Source of the DNA: Sphingomonadales bacterium
GTDB taxonomy: Bacteria; Pseudomonadota; Alphaproteobacteria; Sphingomonadales; Sphingomonadaceae
DNA length: 64,000 nucleotides
Direction of reading: 5' to 3'
NCBI GenBank assembly: GCA_028868535.1
Contig: JAGWUH010000004.1
Coordinates: 41,821-105,820 of the forward strand
In this document: one piece after another, positions 1 to 10,542 of the stretch
Layout of the letters: each line of letters opens with the position of its first letter
Position numbering within the stretch: position 1 is the first letter of the stretch
Made by a program: the position numbers and the translations under genes
The notes under the pieces: generated by a model
Told to the model about the DNA's origin: nothing
Database searches by the model: none
What the model saw: the letters and a program-made list of their open reading frames with translations, nothing else

Positions 1-961
<961 letters not shown>

Positions 962-965
<4 letters not shown>

Positions 966-1984
966 AGTCCGCGAGCCTTGAGCTGGGCGTCGAGACGCGG
1001 GAAAACACGGCGGGCGTTGCCCTCGAAGATCGCGTGGCGTTCGGCATCGGAGATGTCGAGCGCGTCGATGTAGCGCTTGGTGTCGTCGAAATGGAAGCCG
1101 GTGGTGGGATCGATTCCGCGCACCGCGCCGACCATCTCGCTGCCGAACAGGATGTTCTTGTTGTCGATCACGTCGGCGAGCAGGTCGATGCCGGGCTGGT
1201 GATAGACGCAGGTGTCGAAGAACACGTTGTTCATCAGGTGGGTTTGCAGGTCGGGCTTCTTGAGCATGTCCGCGAGGCCCCGGTAGCGGCCCCAGTGGTA
1301 GGGCACCGCGCCGCCGCCGTGGGGGATGATGAAGCGCAGGTTGGGGAAGCGGGTGAACAGGTCGCCTTCGAGCAGTTGCATGAAGGCGATGGTGTCTGCG
1401 GCGATGTAGTAGCCGCCAGTGACATGCATCGCGGGATTGCAGCTGCCCGAGACGTGGATCATCGCCGGCACGTCGAGCTCGCACATCGTCTCGTAGAAGG
1501 GGAACCAGTATTCGTGCGTGAGCGGCGGATGCTGGAAGTGGCCGCCGCCGGGATCGGGGTTGAGGTTGCAGCCGATGAATCCCTGGGCGACGCAGCGCCG
1601 CAGCTCCGCGATCGAACTGGCCATGTCCGCCTCGGGCGATTGTGGCAGCATGCAGACGCCGGCGAACGTCTCCGGGTAAAGCGCGACGACGCGGGCAATG
1701 AGGTCGTTGCAGACCTGCGCCCACCTCACCGCCATGGTCTGGTCTCCCACGTGCGGCGCCATGGCGCTGGCGCGCGGGGAGAAGATCGTCATGTCGGCGC
1801 CGCGCTCCTTCAGGAGGCGCAGCTGGTTCGCTTCGATCGTCTCGCGGATGACGGCGTCGGGAATGTCGGGATAAGGCGGGCATGGGCCGCCCGACTTGAA
1901 CGCGGCCTTCTGTGCCTCGCGCCAGGCGTCGTGCGCCTGGGGCAGGACGGTGTAGTGGCCGTGGCAATCGATGATGAGGCTCAC
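962..1984 (-). CDS. ligJ: 4-oxalomesaconate hydratase (amidohydrolase fold)
   Basis: IIDCHGHYT...IIPHGGGAVPYHWGRYRG...FGSEMVGAVRGIDP; lies upstream of ligAB. Confidence 0.93.
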
Positions 1985-2793
1985 GCCCGCTCTCCTTCGG
2001 GTTGTAGCAGGTCCTTGCGGCCAGCCATTTCGGCCTGGCGGCGGACGGTGCCCTGCGTCATCAACGGTTCGACGCGGAGTTCGGCAAGCGTTCTGGCGGA
2101 TTCCGCCATTTCCGCGGCGCGGCGCGCGCCATGGGTGACCATGCGCTCGATATTATAGGCGGCGCGGTCGCGCCAGGGCCGCGGCTTCTCGCTGGCATCC
2201 AGCGAGGCGAGGACCTCGTCCGTGACGCCGGCCGCCGTTGCCGCCAGCATCATTTCCGCGGTCAACGCCTCGATGCCCTTGACCATGACCGAGCGGATCA
2301 TCTTGATCGCGCTGGCGCGGCCGATCTCGGCACCGACGGTGCGCACGTCGGTGAAGCCGGCGCGGCGAAGCAGCATCTCCCCCGCCCCCGCGTCCGGGCC
2401 GGCGAGCAACAGCGGAACGGCCATGCGGGCCGGATTGACCGGCGCGAGCACGGCGCCATCGATGTATCGGCCGGCGGCGATCGCGCCGGCGGCGGCGCGC
2501 TTGGTCCCGGGCGCAATCGAGTTGCAGTCACACCACAGCGCGCCGTCGTCGAGCAGCGGTGCATAAGCCTGTACCGCCGGTAGCGCCTGGTCGGCGGTGA
2601 CCAGCGACAACACCAGCGGGGCGCCCTCCAGCGCTTCGGCCGGCGAGGCCGCGGCGACAAGACCAAGTGCGGCGGCAGCTTCGCGGCGGGCCGGGAGGAT
2701 GTCCCAGACGGCGACGTCGCCGCCCCAGCCGGCGGCCCGCGCAAAAGTGCTGCCGGCTTCGCCGAATCCGATCAGGGCGAGGCGCTTGTCCAT
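1981..2793 (-). CDS. NAD(P)-dependent oxidoreductase (3-hydroxyisobutyrate/6-phosphogluconate dehydrogenase-like; lig cluster orf2-type)
   Basis: Rossmann motif LIGFGEAG and ASAIKMIRSVMVKG; coupled to ligJ. Confidence 0.85.
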   Translation of the reverse strand: MDKRLALIGFGEAGSTFARAAGWGGDVAVWDILPARREAAAALGLVAAASPAEALEGAPLVLSLVTADQALPAVQAYAPLLDDGALWCDCNSIAPGTKRAAAGAIAAGRYIDGAVLAPVNPARMAVPLLLAGPDAGAGEMLLRRAGFTDVRTVGAEIGRASAIKMIRSVMVKGIEALTAEMMLAATAAGVTDEVLASLDASEKPRPWRDRAAYNIERMVTHGARRAAEMAESARTLAELRVEPLMTQGTVRRQAEMAGRKDLLQPEGERA

Positions 2794-2989
2794 GACCCTG
2801 CCCTGCGCCGCGGGCCGGGGCACTTCAAATCGGAAACCCGGCCCGGCGATAAGCTATGGCTAAACGTTGGTCGAACTGCGCACCCCGCCGGCAGTCGGGC
2901 CGCAAGGCCCCATCAACTTGACCGAGATCAACGCGGCGCGGTGGCGATACGCCAGTTGAAGGCGCATCCGCAGCACAGGAGTGCATTCG

Positions 2990-3370
2990 ATGGCGCTACC
3001 GACTCCCGAGCCGATTCCCGGCACCACGCTGTTCGACGGCAGCGCGGCGCAAATGGGCTATCAGCTCAACGCAATGTGCTACTCGTTCAACGACAAGGCG
3101 AACCGGGACACGTTCCTGGCCGACGAGGCGGCGTATTGCGACCGCTTCGACCTTACCCCGGCGCAGAGGACGGCAGTGGCAAAGCGCGACGTGCTGGGCA
3201 TGATCGCCGCGGGCGGCAACATCTACTACCTGGCCAAGCTGGCCGGGATCTTCGGGCTCAACGTTCAGGACGTCGGCGCGATGCAGACCGGCTGGACCGT
3301 GCCGGAGTTCAAGGAAATGCTGCTCGCGCAGGGGCGCGGGCTGACTTACGCGGAGGCCGCACATGGCTGA
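2990..3370 (+). CDS. Second LigA-family dioxygenase alpha subunit (LigA2-like)
   Basis: IPGTTLFDG...GYQLNAMCYSFN...GGNIYYLAK; AGGAG RBS at 2977-2981. Confidence 0.88.
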   Translation: MALPTPEPIPGTTLFDGSAAQMGYQLNAMCYSFNDKANRDTFLADEAAYCDRFDLTPAQRTAVAKRDVLGMIAAGGNIYYLAKLAGIFGLNVQDVGAMQTGWTVPEFKEMLLAQGRGLTYAEAAHG

Positions 3371-4202
3371 GATCGTCGGCGCCTACTTCACCAGCCACGT
3401 GCCCGCGATCGGCGGCGCGATTCACCGCGGCGACCAGCAGGACCCCTACTGGAAGCCATTCTTCGACGGATTTCCGAAAGTCCATGAGTGGCTGGCGGCG
3501 GTGAAGCCCGATGTCGCGGTGGTGTTTTCCAACGATCACGGCCTCAACTTCTTCCTCGACAAGATGCCGACCTTCGCGGTCGGCGCAGCGGCGGAATACG
3601 CCAATGCCGACGAAGGCTGGGGCCTGCCGCTGTACAAGAGCTTCCAGGGCCACCCGGCCCTGTCGTGGCACGTGATCGAGCAGTTGGTCGAGGACGAGTT
3701 CGACCCGGTGACGTGCCAGCAGATGCTCGTCGACCACGCCATCTCGATCCCGTTCGAACTCGCCTATCCGGATGCGCGCGAATGGCCGGTGAAGCTGGTG
3801 CCGATCGGCATCAACACCGTCCAGCACCCTTTGCCCTCGGCGAAGCGCTGCCTCGCGCTCGGGCGTTCGGTCCACCGCGCGCTGGCGTCCTGGGCAGGCG
3901 ACGAGCGCATCGTCTTGATCGGCACGGGCGGGCTTTCACACCAGCTCGACGGCGCGCGCGCCGGCTTCATCAATGCCGACTACGACCGCTTCTGCCTGGA
4001 CCACCTGGCAAGCGATCCCGACGCGCTGACCGGGCATTCGATCCACGATATCGTGCGGCTTGCCGGCACGCAGGGGGTCGAGGTGCTGAACTGGATCGCC
4101 GCGCGTGGAGCGCTGGGTCCGGCTGCGCGCGAAGTGCACCGCAACTACCACATCCCGATTTCCAACACCGCGGCGGCGACGGTGCTGATGGAGCCGGCCT
4201 GA
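3363..4202 (+). CDS. Second LigB-family (class III extradiol) dioxygenase beta subunit (LigB2-like)
   Basis: TSHVPAIG, NDHGLNFFLD, VDHA, GTGGLSHQLDG, QGVE metal/catalytic motifs. Confidence 0.9.
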   Translation: MAEIVGAYFTSHVPAIGGAIHRGDQQDPYWKPFFDGFPKVHEWLAAVKPDVAVVFSNDHGLNFFLDKMPTFAVGAAAEYANADEGWGLPLYKSFQGHPALSWHVIEQLVEDEFDPVTCQQMLVDHAISIPFELAYPDAREWPVKLVPIGINTVQHPLPSAKRCLALGRSVHRALASWAGDERIVLIGTGGLSHQLDGARAGFINADYDRFCLDHLASDPDALTGHSIHDIVRLAGTQGVEVLNWIAARGALGPAAREVHRNYHIPISNTAAATVLMEPA

Positions 4203-4220
4203 AGCACACGGGGTCGTGAG

Positions 4221-4257
4221 GGCGAGAACCCGACCGGAGGCCGGCCGGGTTCTCGCC
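4221..4257. terminator. GC-rich hairpin between convergent genes (likely bidirectional terminator)
   Basis: GGCGAGAACCCGACCGG-AGG-CCGGCCGGGTTCTCGCC. Confidence 0.65.
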
Positions 4258-4277
4258 AGGTCACGCATTGCGGATGA

Positions 4278-4967
4278 TCAGAACGCGAAGCGGACGCGCG
4301 CGTGCGGCTTGCGACGGCGCATGGCCGAGCCGACTGCGGCGAAGCCGATCAACATCATGGCCCAGGTGGCCGGTTCGGGAACGGCGCCGTTGCCGGTGCC
4401 GGCGAGCCGCAGGCTCAGGTTGCCGATCGCGAAGTTGTTGGCGCCGGGACCGATCTGCTCATGGAAGGTGATGCCGGTGATGTTGGCGATGGCATTCTGC
4501 GCGCCGATGAAGATTGCCGAATCGTCACCGTTGGCGTTGCTGACCCCGGCGACGTCAAAGAACGAGTTGTCGCTGAGCAGGATGCGCGCGGTGAACGGGC
4601 CATAGATGTCCGTCTGGAACTTCGCCCCGACCGCGCTGACGGCGGTGTCGAAGGTGAAGGTGATATCGCCTGCCGTGCCGAGATTCCACAGCACCGGTGC
4701 GCCCGACGCAAAGTTGCCATCCCAGCCGGCGCTCTGATCACGCCGTTGCAGGGTGCCGGCGCTGGTCGAGGTGACCGCACCAGTAATACCGCTGAGCGAG
4801 ACGAATGTCGTGCCCGATGCCACGTTGGTTCCGCTGGCCCCGAACTGGGTTAGCGAAACGCTGTCGTTGGCGCCGGAACCGTCCCAAAGGACCGTCGCGT
4901 TCGCAGGTGCAGCAGCGGCTATCGCAGCCAATGAGGCTATTCGCAAAAGGGCATGAATCGTCTTCAT
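4278..4967 (-). CDS. PEPxxWA-CTERM sorting-domain surface protein 1
   Basis: Signal peptide (..AAAAPANA), S/T/G/N-rich body, VPEPATWAMMLIGF + TM + RRRK, ends VRFAF. Confidence 0.92.
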   Translation of the reverse strand: MKTIHALLRIASLAAIAAAAPANATVLWDGSGANDSVSLTQFGASGTNVASGTTFVSLSGITGAVTSTSAGTLQRRDQSAGWDGNFASGAPVLWNLGTAGDITFTFDTAVSAVGAKFQTDIYGPFTARILLSDNSFFDVAGVSNANGDDSAIFIGAQNAIANITGITFHEQIGPGANNFAIGNLSLRLAGTGNGAVPEPATWAMMLIGFAAVGSAMRRRKPHARVRFAF

Positions 4968-5452
4968 GGCAGTTTCCTTGTATCGCCTCCCCCGAGGCCG
5001 CACCACATCCCGGAGTAATTCCGCAATGCAGCATGCGGGCAGATAGCATCATGTTCGATGATGGTAAATCATATGAATTAATCATGTGTGGGATATATTT
5101 CGTCCGGAACCGGAGATTTTCGTGTGATTGGTTATCTAACGCGCGTTGTCTTGTGCCAATTTTACGTCGTGCCGCGCACATTTCAAATAATCGATTGTAA
5201 GTCCATACCCGTTTCAATAAGACCGTTGCGGGTTCGCCCGGCCATTTCGCAGCAGCACAACGCCGGACTGCCCCCATTGCTCCCCTCCATCCGGCCAAAG
5301 GCGACGAAGCGCGCTTCGCACGCGACAAAGGGGAACTGTCTGGACGGGTGCCCAACGCGGCAAAGGCACAAACGGGTTGTCCGCGCTGCCCGCACGCTGG
5401 AGGGCAGGCGGCCAGCATCGGCGCGACGTCGGCGATGGGCGCGGCCTCGCCA

Positions 5453-5469
5453 CGTGCCAATCTGGCACA
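5453..5469. promoter_or_regulatory. Candidate 17-bp palindromic operator
   Basis: CGTGCCA-ATC-TGGCACA between divergent PEP-CTERM genes; half-site copy TGTGCCA at 5152-5158. Confidence 0.55.
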
Positions 5470-5652
5470 GTCATTAAGTATGAAGAATTGAAGTGCGCGG
5501 ATTGAACTACTGCGTGTTCTCCCTTAGCGGGCGGGGACTGGCGCAGGAGCGGGTGACACAGCAAGCCCCGTATCGCGTCCAGTGCAACAGGGGTGATCCG
5601 GTCGCCACAGAACAGGAAGGCCCGCGCGTGCGGGCGAAGGAGTGTTTGTAAA

Positions 5653-6324
5653 ATGCTGATGAAAAAGAAAGCTGCCATCGCACTCGCCCTCGCGGCCACC
5701 TGCCTGGCGGGCGCAGCCCACGCCAGCGTGACCCTTTCGAACACCACGACCGGCAGCATCTCTTCGTTCGGCGGCGGCGGATCGACGACGTATGGCCAGG
5801 TCTTCACCGCTCCGGTTACCGGCGTGCTGACCTCGTTCACGCTGAGCCTGAATGGCGCGGTCGGCGGCCTGTACGGCGGCGTCGGCACCTGGAACGGCGG
5901 CTCGTCGTTCAACACCGGCTATGGTTCGCCGCTCAACCTGTTCCACAGCCCTGACGTGGCTTCGTCGGGCCCGGGTTCGTTCACGTTCACCCCGAACGTC
6001 GCGGTCAACGCCGGCGACAACTACGTCGCCTACCTGAGCGTGATCGGCGTCCCCGGTGCGTTCGGCGCGGTGTCGATGCCGACCGGCGCCAGCGGCAACG
6101 GGATCAACTACTTCGTCTGGAACAACGGCTCGTCGTCGCCGGACGGCAATGCCTCGTGGAACTATTTCTCCAACTTCGGCTCGGCGACCTTCTCCGCCAC
6201 CTTCGACGAGCGCCAGGGCGGCGCGGTGCCGGAACCGGCGACCTGGGCGATGATGCTGGTCGGCTTCGGCGTGGTCGGCGCGGCGATGCGTGCGCGCAAG
6301 GCGAACGTCCGCTTCGCGTTCTGA
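5653..6324 (+). CDS. PEPxxWA-CTERM sorting-domain surface protein 2
   Basis: AAGGAG RBS, signal peptide ending AHA, VPEPATWAMMLVGF + TM + basic tail, ends VRFAF. Confidence 0.92.
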   Translation: MLMKKKAAIALALAATCLAGAAHASVTLSNTTTGSISSFGGGGSTTYGQVFTAPVTGVLTSFTLSLNGAVGGLYGGVGTWNGGSSFNTGYGSPLNLFHSPDVASSGPGSFTFTPNVAVNAGDNYVAYLSVIGVPGAFGAVSMPTGASGNGINYFVWNNGSSSPDGNASWNYFSNFGSATFSATFDERQGGAVPEPATWAMMLVGFGVVGAAMRARKANVRFAF

Positions 6325-6346
6325 TCGCCGGCGACGATGACAACGG

Positions 6347-6382
6347 GAAGGCTCCGCCGGAAACGGCGGAGCCTTTCATTTT
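6347..6382 (+). terminator. Rho-independent terminator
   Basis: GAAGGCTCCGCCG-GAAA-CGGCGGAGCCTTT followed by a T-rich tail. Confidence 0.8.
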
Positions 6383-6453
6383 GTCGCAGCGTACATTCTT
6401 TTTTCAACGGCATTCAGGTATGGCAGGCGCGACGGTGCGAAAGGAATGGCCCG

Positions 6454-7167
6454 ATGCCCGCCGGCGAGAACCATTTGCTGCACGACGCCTATGACGAAAA
6501 GCAGGGCACCTATTTCGACAATCCCCGCAGGGACTACGTGGACCGCCTGGCGCGCAACGGCGACGCGGCGATCCTCGAACTCGGCTGCGGCACCGGCGCC
6601 ACCGGCGGGCTCGCGCTCGCCAAGGGCAAGGCGGGCCGCTATGTCGGAATCGAACTGTTCGCGCCCGCCGCGGCGGCAGCGGAGCGGGTCCTGACCACCG
6701 TGCATTGTGGCGATATCGAGACGATGACACTGCCTTATGGGCCGGACACGTTCGACGCGCTGATCCTCAGCGAGGTGCTCGAGCACCTGGTCGACCCCGA
6801 AGCGGTGCTGCGGCGGCTGGTCGCGACGCTGAAGCACGGGGCGCGCGTGTTCGCCAGTTCGCCCAATGTCTGCCACTGGCGCAACGTGGTGAACCTGGCG
6901 CGCGGCCGGTTCCGCTATGCGGAGGCCGGGATGATGGATCGCACGCACTTGCGCTGGTTCACCCCCGAGAGCTTTCGCCAGCTGTTCGAGGACGTGGGAG
7001 TGGTGGTGGACCGGCTGGCGCCGCTCAACCGACTGCGCCGCATCGAACGCCTGATCGGCGCGCTGGTGCCGCCGCTGGCACCGCTGCTGTATTTCCAGAT
7101 CGACCTGCACGGCCGCTACCAGCCCTCGCCTGCCGTGGGCACGAACGCGCGAGCCCTGCCTGCATGA
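6454..7167 (+). CDS. Class I SAM-dependent methyltransferase (glycan-associated)
   Basis: ILELGCGTG, VLEHLVDP, GMMDRTHLRWFT. Confidence 0.88.
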   Translation: MPAGENHLLHDAYDEKQGTYFDNPRRDYVDRLARNGDAAILELGCGTGATGGLALAKGKAGRYVGIELFAPAAAAAERVLTTVHCGDIETMTLPYGPDTFDALILSEVLEHLVDPEAVLRRLVATLKHGARVFASSPNVCHWRNVVNLARGRFRYAEAGMMDRTHLRWFTPESFRQLFEDVGVVVDRLAPLNRLRRIERLIGALVPPLAPLLYFQIDLHGRYQPSPAVGTNARALPA

Positions 7168-8624
7168 CCGTCAGACGCGCGTTCTTCTGGGCCGCCGGCG
7201 GCCAGATTCTCTCGTTCCTGCTGAACTTCGCCAGTTCGGTGATCGTGGCGAGGCTGCTGACACCGACCGAAGTCGGCACGTTCACGATCGGCTCGGCCGC
7301 GGCTGCTCTGTGTACCGCGGTGACGACGTTCAACGTCGGCGCCTACATCATCAGCGAGCCCGATCTGCCATCGGAAACGATGGACACGGCTTTCACCATC
7401 AATGGACTGATCTCGCTCGGCCTCTCGCTGGCGATGCTGGCCGGCGCCGTGTTTTCCCATACGCTGCTCGGCTCAGCCGAAGCGGGACACGTGATGCTGG
7501 TGCTGTCGGTGACGCCCTTGATCGGCGCGGCGACGTTCCGGCCGGCGACGATGCTGCAGCGGGACCTGCAGTTCAAGGCGGTGACGCTGATCAATCTCGC
7601 CAGCGTCGTCGTCGGGACGGTGGCGACGGTGATCACGGCCTGGCTCGGCGAGAGCTACATGAGCCTGGCCTGGGGGGTCCTGGCGACCTCGCTCAGCGGG
7701 GCGGTGGGATTCCTCGTCGTCGGCGCGCGGCACAACGGGCTGGGCGTGGGCCTCAAGGGCTGGCGCGCGATGACGGCGTTCGGCTTCCGCATGACCACGA
7801 TCACCGGCGCCGCCACGGCGACGGCGCGGCTCTCGGACATCATCCTCGGGCGGATGCTGGGCCTTTATGCGCTGGGAATCTATTCGCGTGCGTCCGGCCT
7901 GGCCAACCAGGTGTTCTTCAATGTCTACGGCACGGCGACGCGGGTGGCGTTCTCGCAGCTTTCCAAGGACTACCGTGAGCGCGGCGAGCTCAAGACGTCG
8001 TTCCTGCACAGCTTCCGGCTGATCACCGCGCTGATGTGGCCGTTCCTTGTCGGCTTCGCGATCCTGTCGCCGGTAGCCATCCACCTGCTTTACGGAGACA
8101 AGTGGATGAGTGCGGCCTTGCCGCTTGCGCTGTTGCTGCTGGCGCAGACCGTGACGCTGGCATTCGGAATGAACTGGGAGCTGTTCGTGATCCGCAAGGA
8201 AACCGCGACGCAGACACGGATCGAACTGCTGCGCAACATCGCCGGTCTCACGACGTTCTCGATCGGTGCGCTGTTCTCGGTGGGGGCGGCGGCGGCAGGC
8301 CGCATCCTCGACAACCTGATCGGGCTGCTGTTCTATCGCAAGCACGTCCAGCGCCTGTCCGGCGCGGATTCGAGCGAAATCGCGCAGGTCTATCGCGAGG
8401 GCCTGGCACTGACCGTAGCCGCGGTGCTGCCGGCGCTGCTGCTGATGATCGGTGAGGACTGGGACCGGAGAACACCGCTAGCCGCCGTGGTGGTAGCTGT
8501 GATGGCGGGCGTGGCCTGCTGGTACGGGGTGCTGGTGCGACTGGGGCATCCGCTGGCGCATGAGCTGACGCTGCTGGCGCGCAAGCTGCTGCGGTTGCAG
8601 CCGAGCCAGGGCGGGGCGCGTTGA
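7164..8624 (+). CDS. Wzx-type oligosaccharide flippase
   Basis: Multi-TM; VARLLTPTEVG, LGIYSRA, LLYGDKW; start overlaps the upstream stop. Confidence 0.88.
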   Translation: MTVRRAFFWAAGGQILSFLLNFASSVIVARLLTPTEVGTFTIGSAAAALCTAVTTFNVGAYIISEPDLPSETMDTAFTINGLISLGLSLAMLAGAVFSHTLLGSAEAGHVMLVLSVTPLIGAATFRPATMLQRDLQFKAVTLINLASVVVGTVATVITAWLGESYMSLAWGVLATSLSGAVGFLVVGARHNGLGVGLKGWRAMTAFGFRMTTITGAATATARLSDIILGRMLGLYALGIYSRASGLANQVFFNVYGTATRVAFSQLSKDYRERGELKTSFLHSFRLITALMWPFLVGFAILSPVAIHLLYGDKWMSAALPLALLLLAQTVTLAFGMNWELFVIRKETATQTRIELLRNIAGLTTFSIGALFSVGAAAAGRILDNLIGLLFYRKHVQRLSGADSSEIAQVYREGLALTVAAVLPALLLMIGEDWDRRTPLAAVVVAVMAGVACWYGVLVRLGHPLAHELTLLARKLLRLQPSQGGAR

Positions 8625-9514
8625 ACGTGGGGGGCGCCGGCCTGGGTGCGACGATCGCCGCCGGGCCGCGCGGCGTGGTCGAACGGGTGGCAGGCGGGCC
8701 GGAGGCGCCACGTTTCTCGATGTGTGCGATGGTGACCGACTGGGCACAGTTCGGTGAGTGCCTGGCATCGTATCGCGCGCACGGGTTCGATGCCGCGACA
8801 TGCGAGTGGCTGGTGCTCGACAACAGTGCCGGCAACCGCGCCGATGCCTTCGTCGCGACCAACGAGTTCCTGCAGGCTGCGCGGGGCGAATTCGTGGTGC
8901 TGACGCACCAGGACGTGACGCTGATCGAGCACGGCTGCGCCGAGCTGGAGGCGATGCTGGAGGCGCTGACCGCGCTGGACCCGGATTGGGCGGTGTGCGG
9001 CAACGCCGGCTGCACCGACGATGGTTGGCCGGTCCACTGCCTGTCGCATCCGCACCGCGAGGTGGACGTGCGCGGCGGCCCGTTCCCCGCACGGGTGGTA
9101 TCGCTGGACGAGAACTTCCTGGTGGTGCGCCGCATGGCCAACCTCGCGGTCTCGCGCGACCTCGGCGGTTTCCATCACTATGCCGCGGACTTGTGCACGG
9201 TGGCCGACGTGCTGGGTTGGCACATCTATGTCATCGGCTTCTACCTGCGCCATCACAGCGGCGGGACGGTCGACGCGCGCTATGACCACTCGGCGGCGGT
9301 TTTCGCCGCCAAGTACCGGCGCGCGCTGCGACCGCGCTGGCTGCACCTGGTCACGCTGCGCTCGCTGTACCTGTCCGGCGGCGGCGCAGGCGTGTGGCGC
9401 GCGCGCCTTTGGCGGTTCCTCGGCAAAGTGCTGGGGCGGGTACCCCGCATTCGTGACCTTGACGATGCCGCCAAGCGCGCCGCCCGCGACCGGCGACGCG
9501 GGCGGATGGGCTGA
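8621..9514 (+). CDS. GT-A fold glycosyltransferase (GT2-like)
   Basis: VLTHQDV, GNAG, SLDENFL, GFHHYAADLC motifs. Confidence 0.7.
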   Translation: MNVGGAGLGATIAAGPRGVVERVAGGPEAPRFSMCAMVTDWAQFGECLASYRAHGFDAATCEWLVLDNSAGNRADAFVATNEFLQAARGEFVVLTHQDVTLIEHGCAELEAMLEALTALDPDWAVCGNAGCTDDGWPVHCLSHPHREVDVRGGPFPARVVSLDENFLVVRRMANLAVSRDLGGFHHYAADLCTVADVLGWHIYVIGFYLRHHSGGTVDARYDHSAAVFAAKYRRALRPRWLHLVTLRSLYLSGGGAGVWRARLWRFLGKVLGRVPRIRDLDDAAKRAARDRRRGRMG

Positions 9515-10531
9515 TCAGTCGCCCAGGCCGGCTACGCCGGCGATGGCATCCCGCAGGACCGAGCGGGGATCGAAACCCCAGGGATTGCCGCAATAGTCGC
9601 CCTGGCGAAGCGATCGCAGCAGCGACGCGGCGCGGCACGCGGGCGAAGGCGCCGCAAACGTGCGGGCGCGCCGGGCGAGACGCTCGGCATGCACGGTGTA
9701 GGCGGCGGCGAGCCTGGCTATCCTGGGGTGGGACGCAGCCGGCGCGCGGGCCAGCAGGGCGGTGAGCACGGCCGCGCGCGAGCGGGCGCCCGCAGCGCCG
9801 AGTTCGTCCGATTCGGGATGGTGGCGCAGGCGTGCGCGGAGGCGGTCGACCAGTCCCATGCGGCGGTCGGCGCCATAGGCGTTGGCGCCATGCTGCCGGT
9901 ACATCAGCAGGTCCTCGTCGACGAAGCCCACCTTGCCGAGCGCTAGGGCAAGGAAAAAGTACCAGCGATCATGCCCGAGACGGCCGCTGTCGAAATGCTC
10001 GCAGGCCACCGGCCAGAGATCGTCGAACGCCAGCAGGTCGCGGCGGAAGGCCTGGACCAGGCCGCGCGCGAAGTGCCACGGTGGCGGCAGCGGCCGGGCG
10101 AGGATCTCCCGCTGTTCCGCGGCATCGAACATGGTCGCGAGGGCCTGCTCGTCGGCGTCGACCACGGTGGCGTTGTGATAAGCCAGCGACAGCGCCGGAT
10201 CTGCGTCGAACTGCGCCGTCATCGTCGCGACCTTGGCGGGACGCCAGACGTCGTCCTGGTCGCAGAACAGGATGATTTCCGCGGTGCAGAGCCCGGCAGC
10301 CTTCAGGAAATTGGCACGATAGTTGAGGTTGCGCTCGTTGACGATGACCCGCACCGGGAACGGCGCGGTCCGGGCGAAATCGTGCAGGATCGCGACGGTG
10401 CGGTCGGTGGAGCGATCGTCGGTCACGACAAGCTCGGCCGGAAGCCGGGTCTGCCACGCCAGCGATTCGAGCTGGCGGGGAAGATAGCGCTCGCCGTTGT
10501 AGGTCGCGAGCGCGATCGATGCGTCGGCCAT
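9515..10531 (-). CDS. Glycosyltransferase family 2
   Basis: ALATYNGERYL, DDRSTD, FCDQDDVW, HDRW, YRQHG. Confidence 0.9.
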   Translation of the reverse strand: MADASIALATYNGERYLPRQLESLAWQTRLPAELVVTDDRSTDRTVAILHDFARTAPFPVRVIVNERNLNYRANFLKAAGLCTAEIILFCDQDDVWRPAKVATMTAQFDADPALSLAYHNATVVDADEQALATMFDAAEQREILARPLPPPWHFARGLVQAFRRDLLAFDDLWPVACEHFDSGRLGHDRWYFFLALALGKVGFVDEDLLMYRQHGANAYGADRRMGLVDRLRARLRHHPESDELGAAGARSRAAVLTALLARAPAASHPRIARLAAAYTVHAERLARRARTFAAPSPACRAASLLRSLRQGDYCGNPWGFDPRSVLRDAIAGVAGLGD

Positions 10532-10542
10532 CACGGGATGCC

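Noticed and set aside
966-1967. 467-aa ORF 564-1967 that looks like an N-terminally extended LigA
   Set aside because: The extension is an alternative frame over ligJ; LigA homology begins at the ATG at 965.
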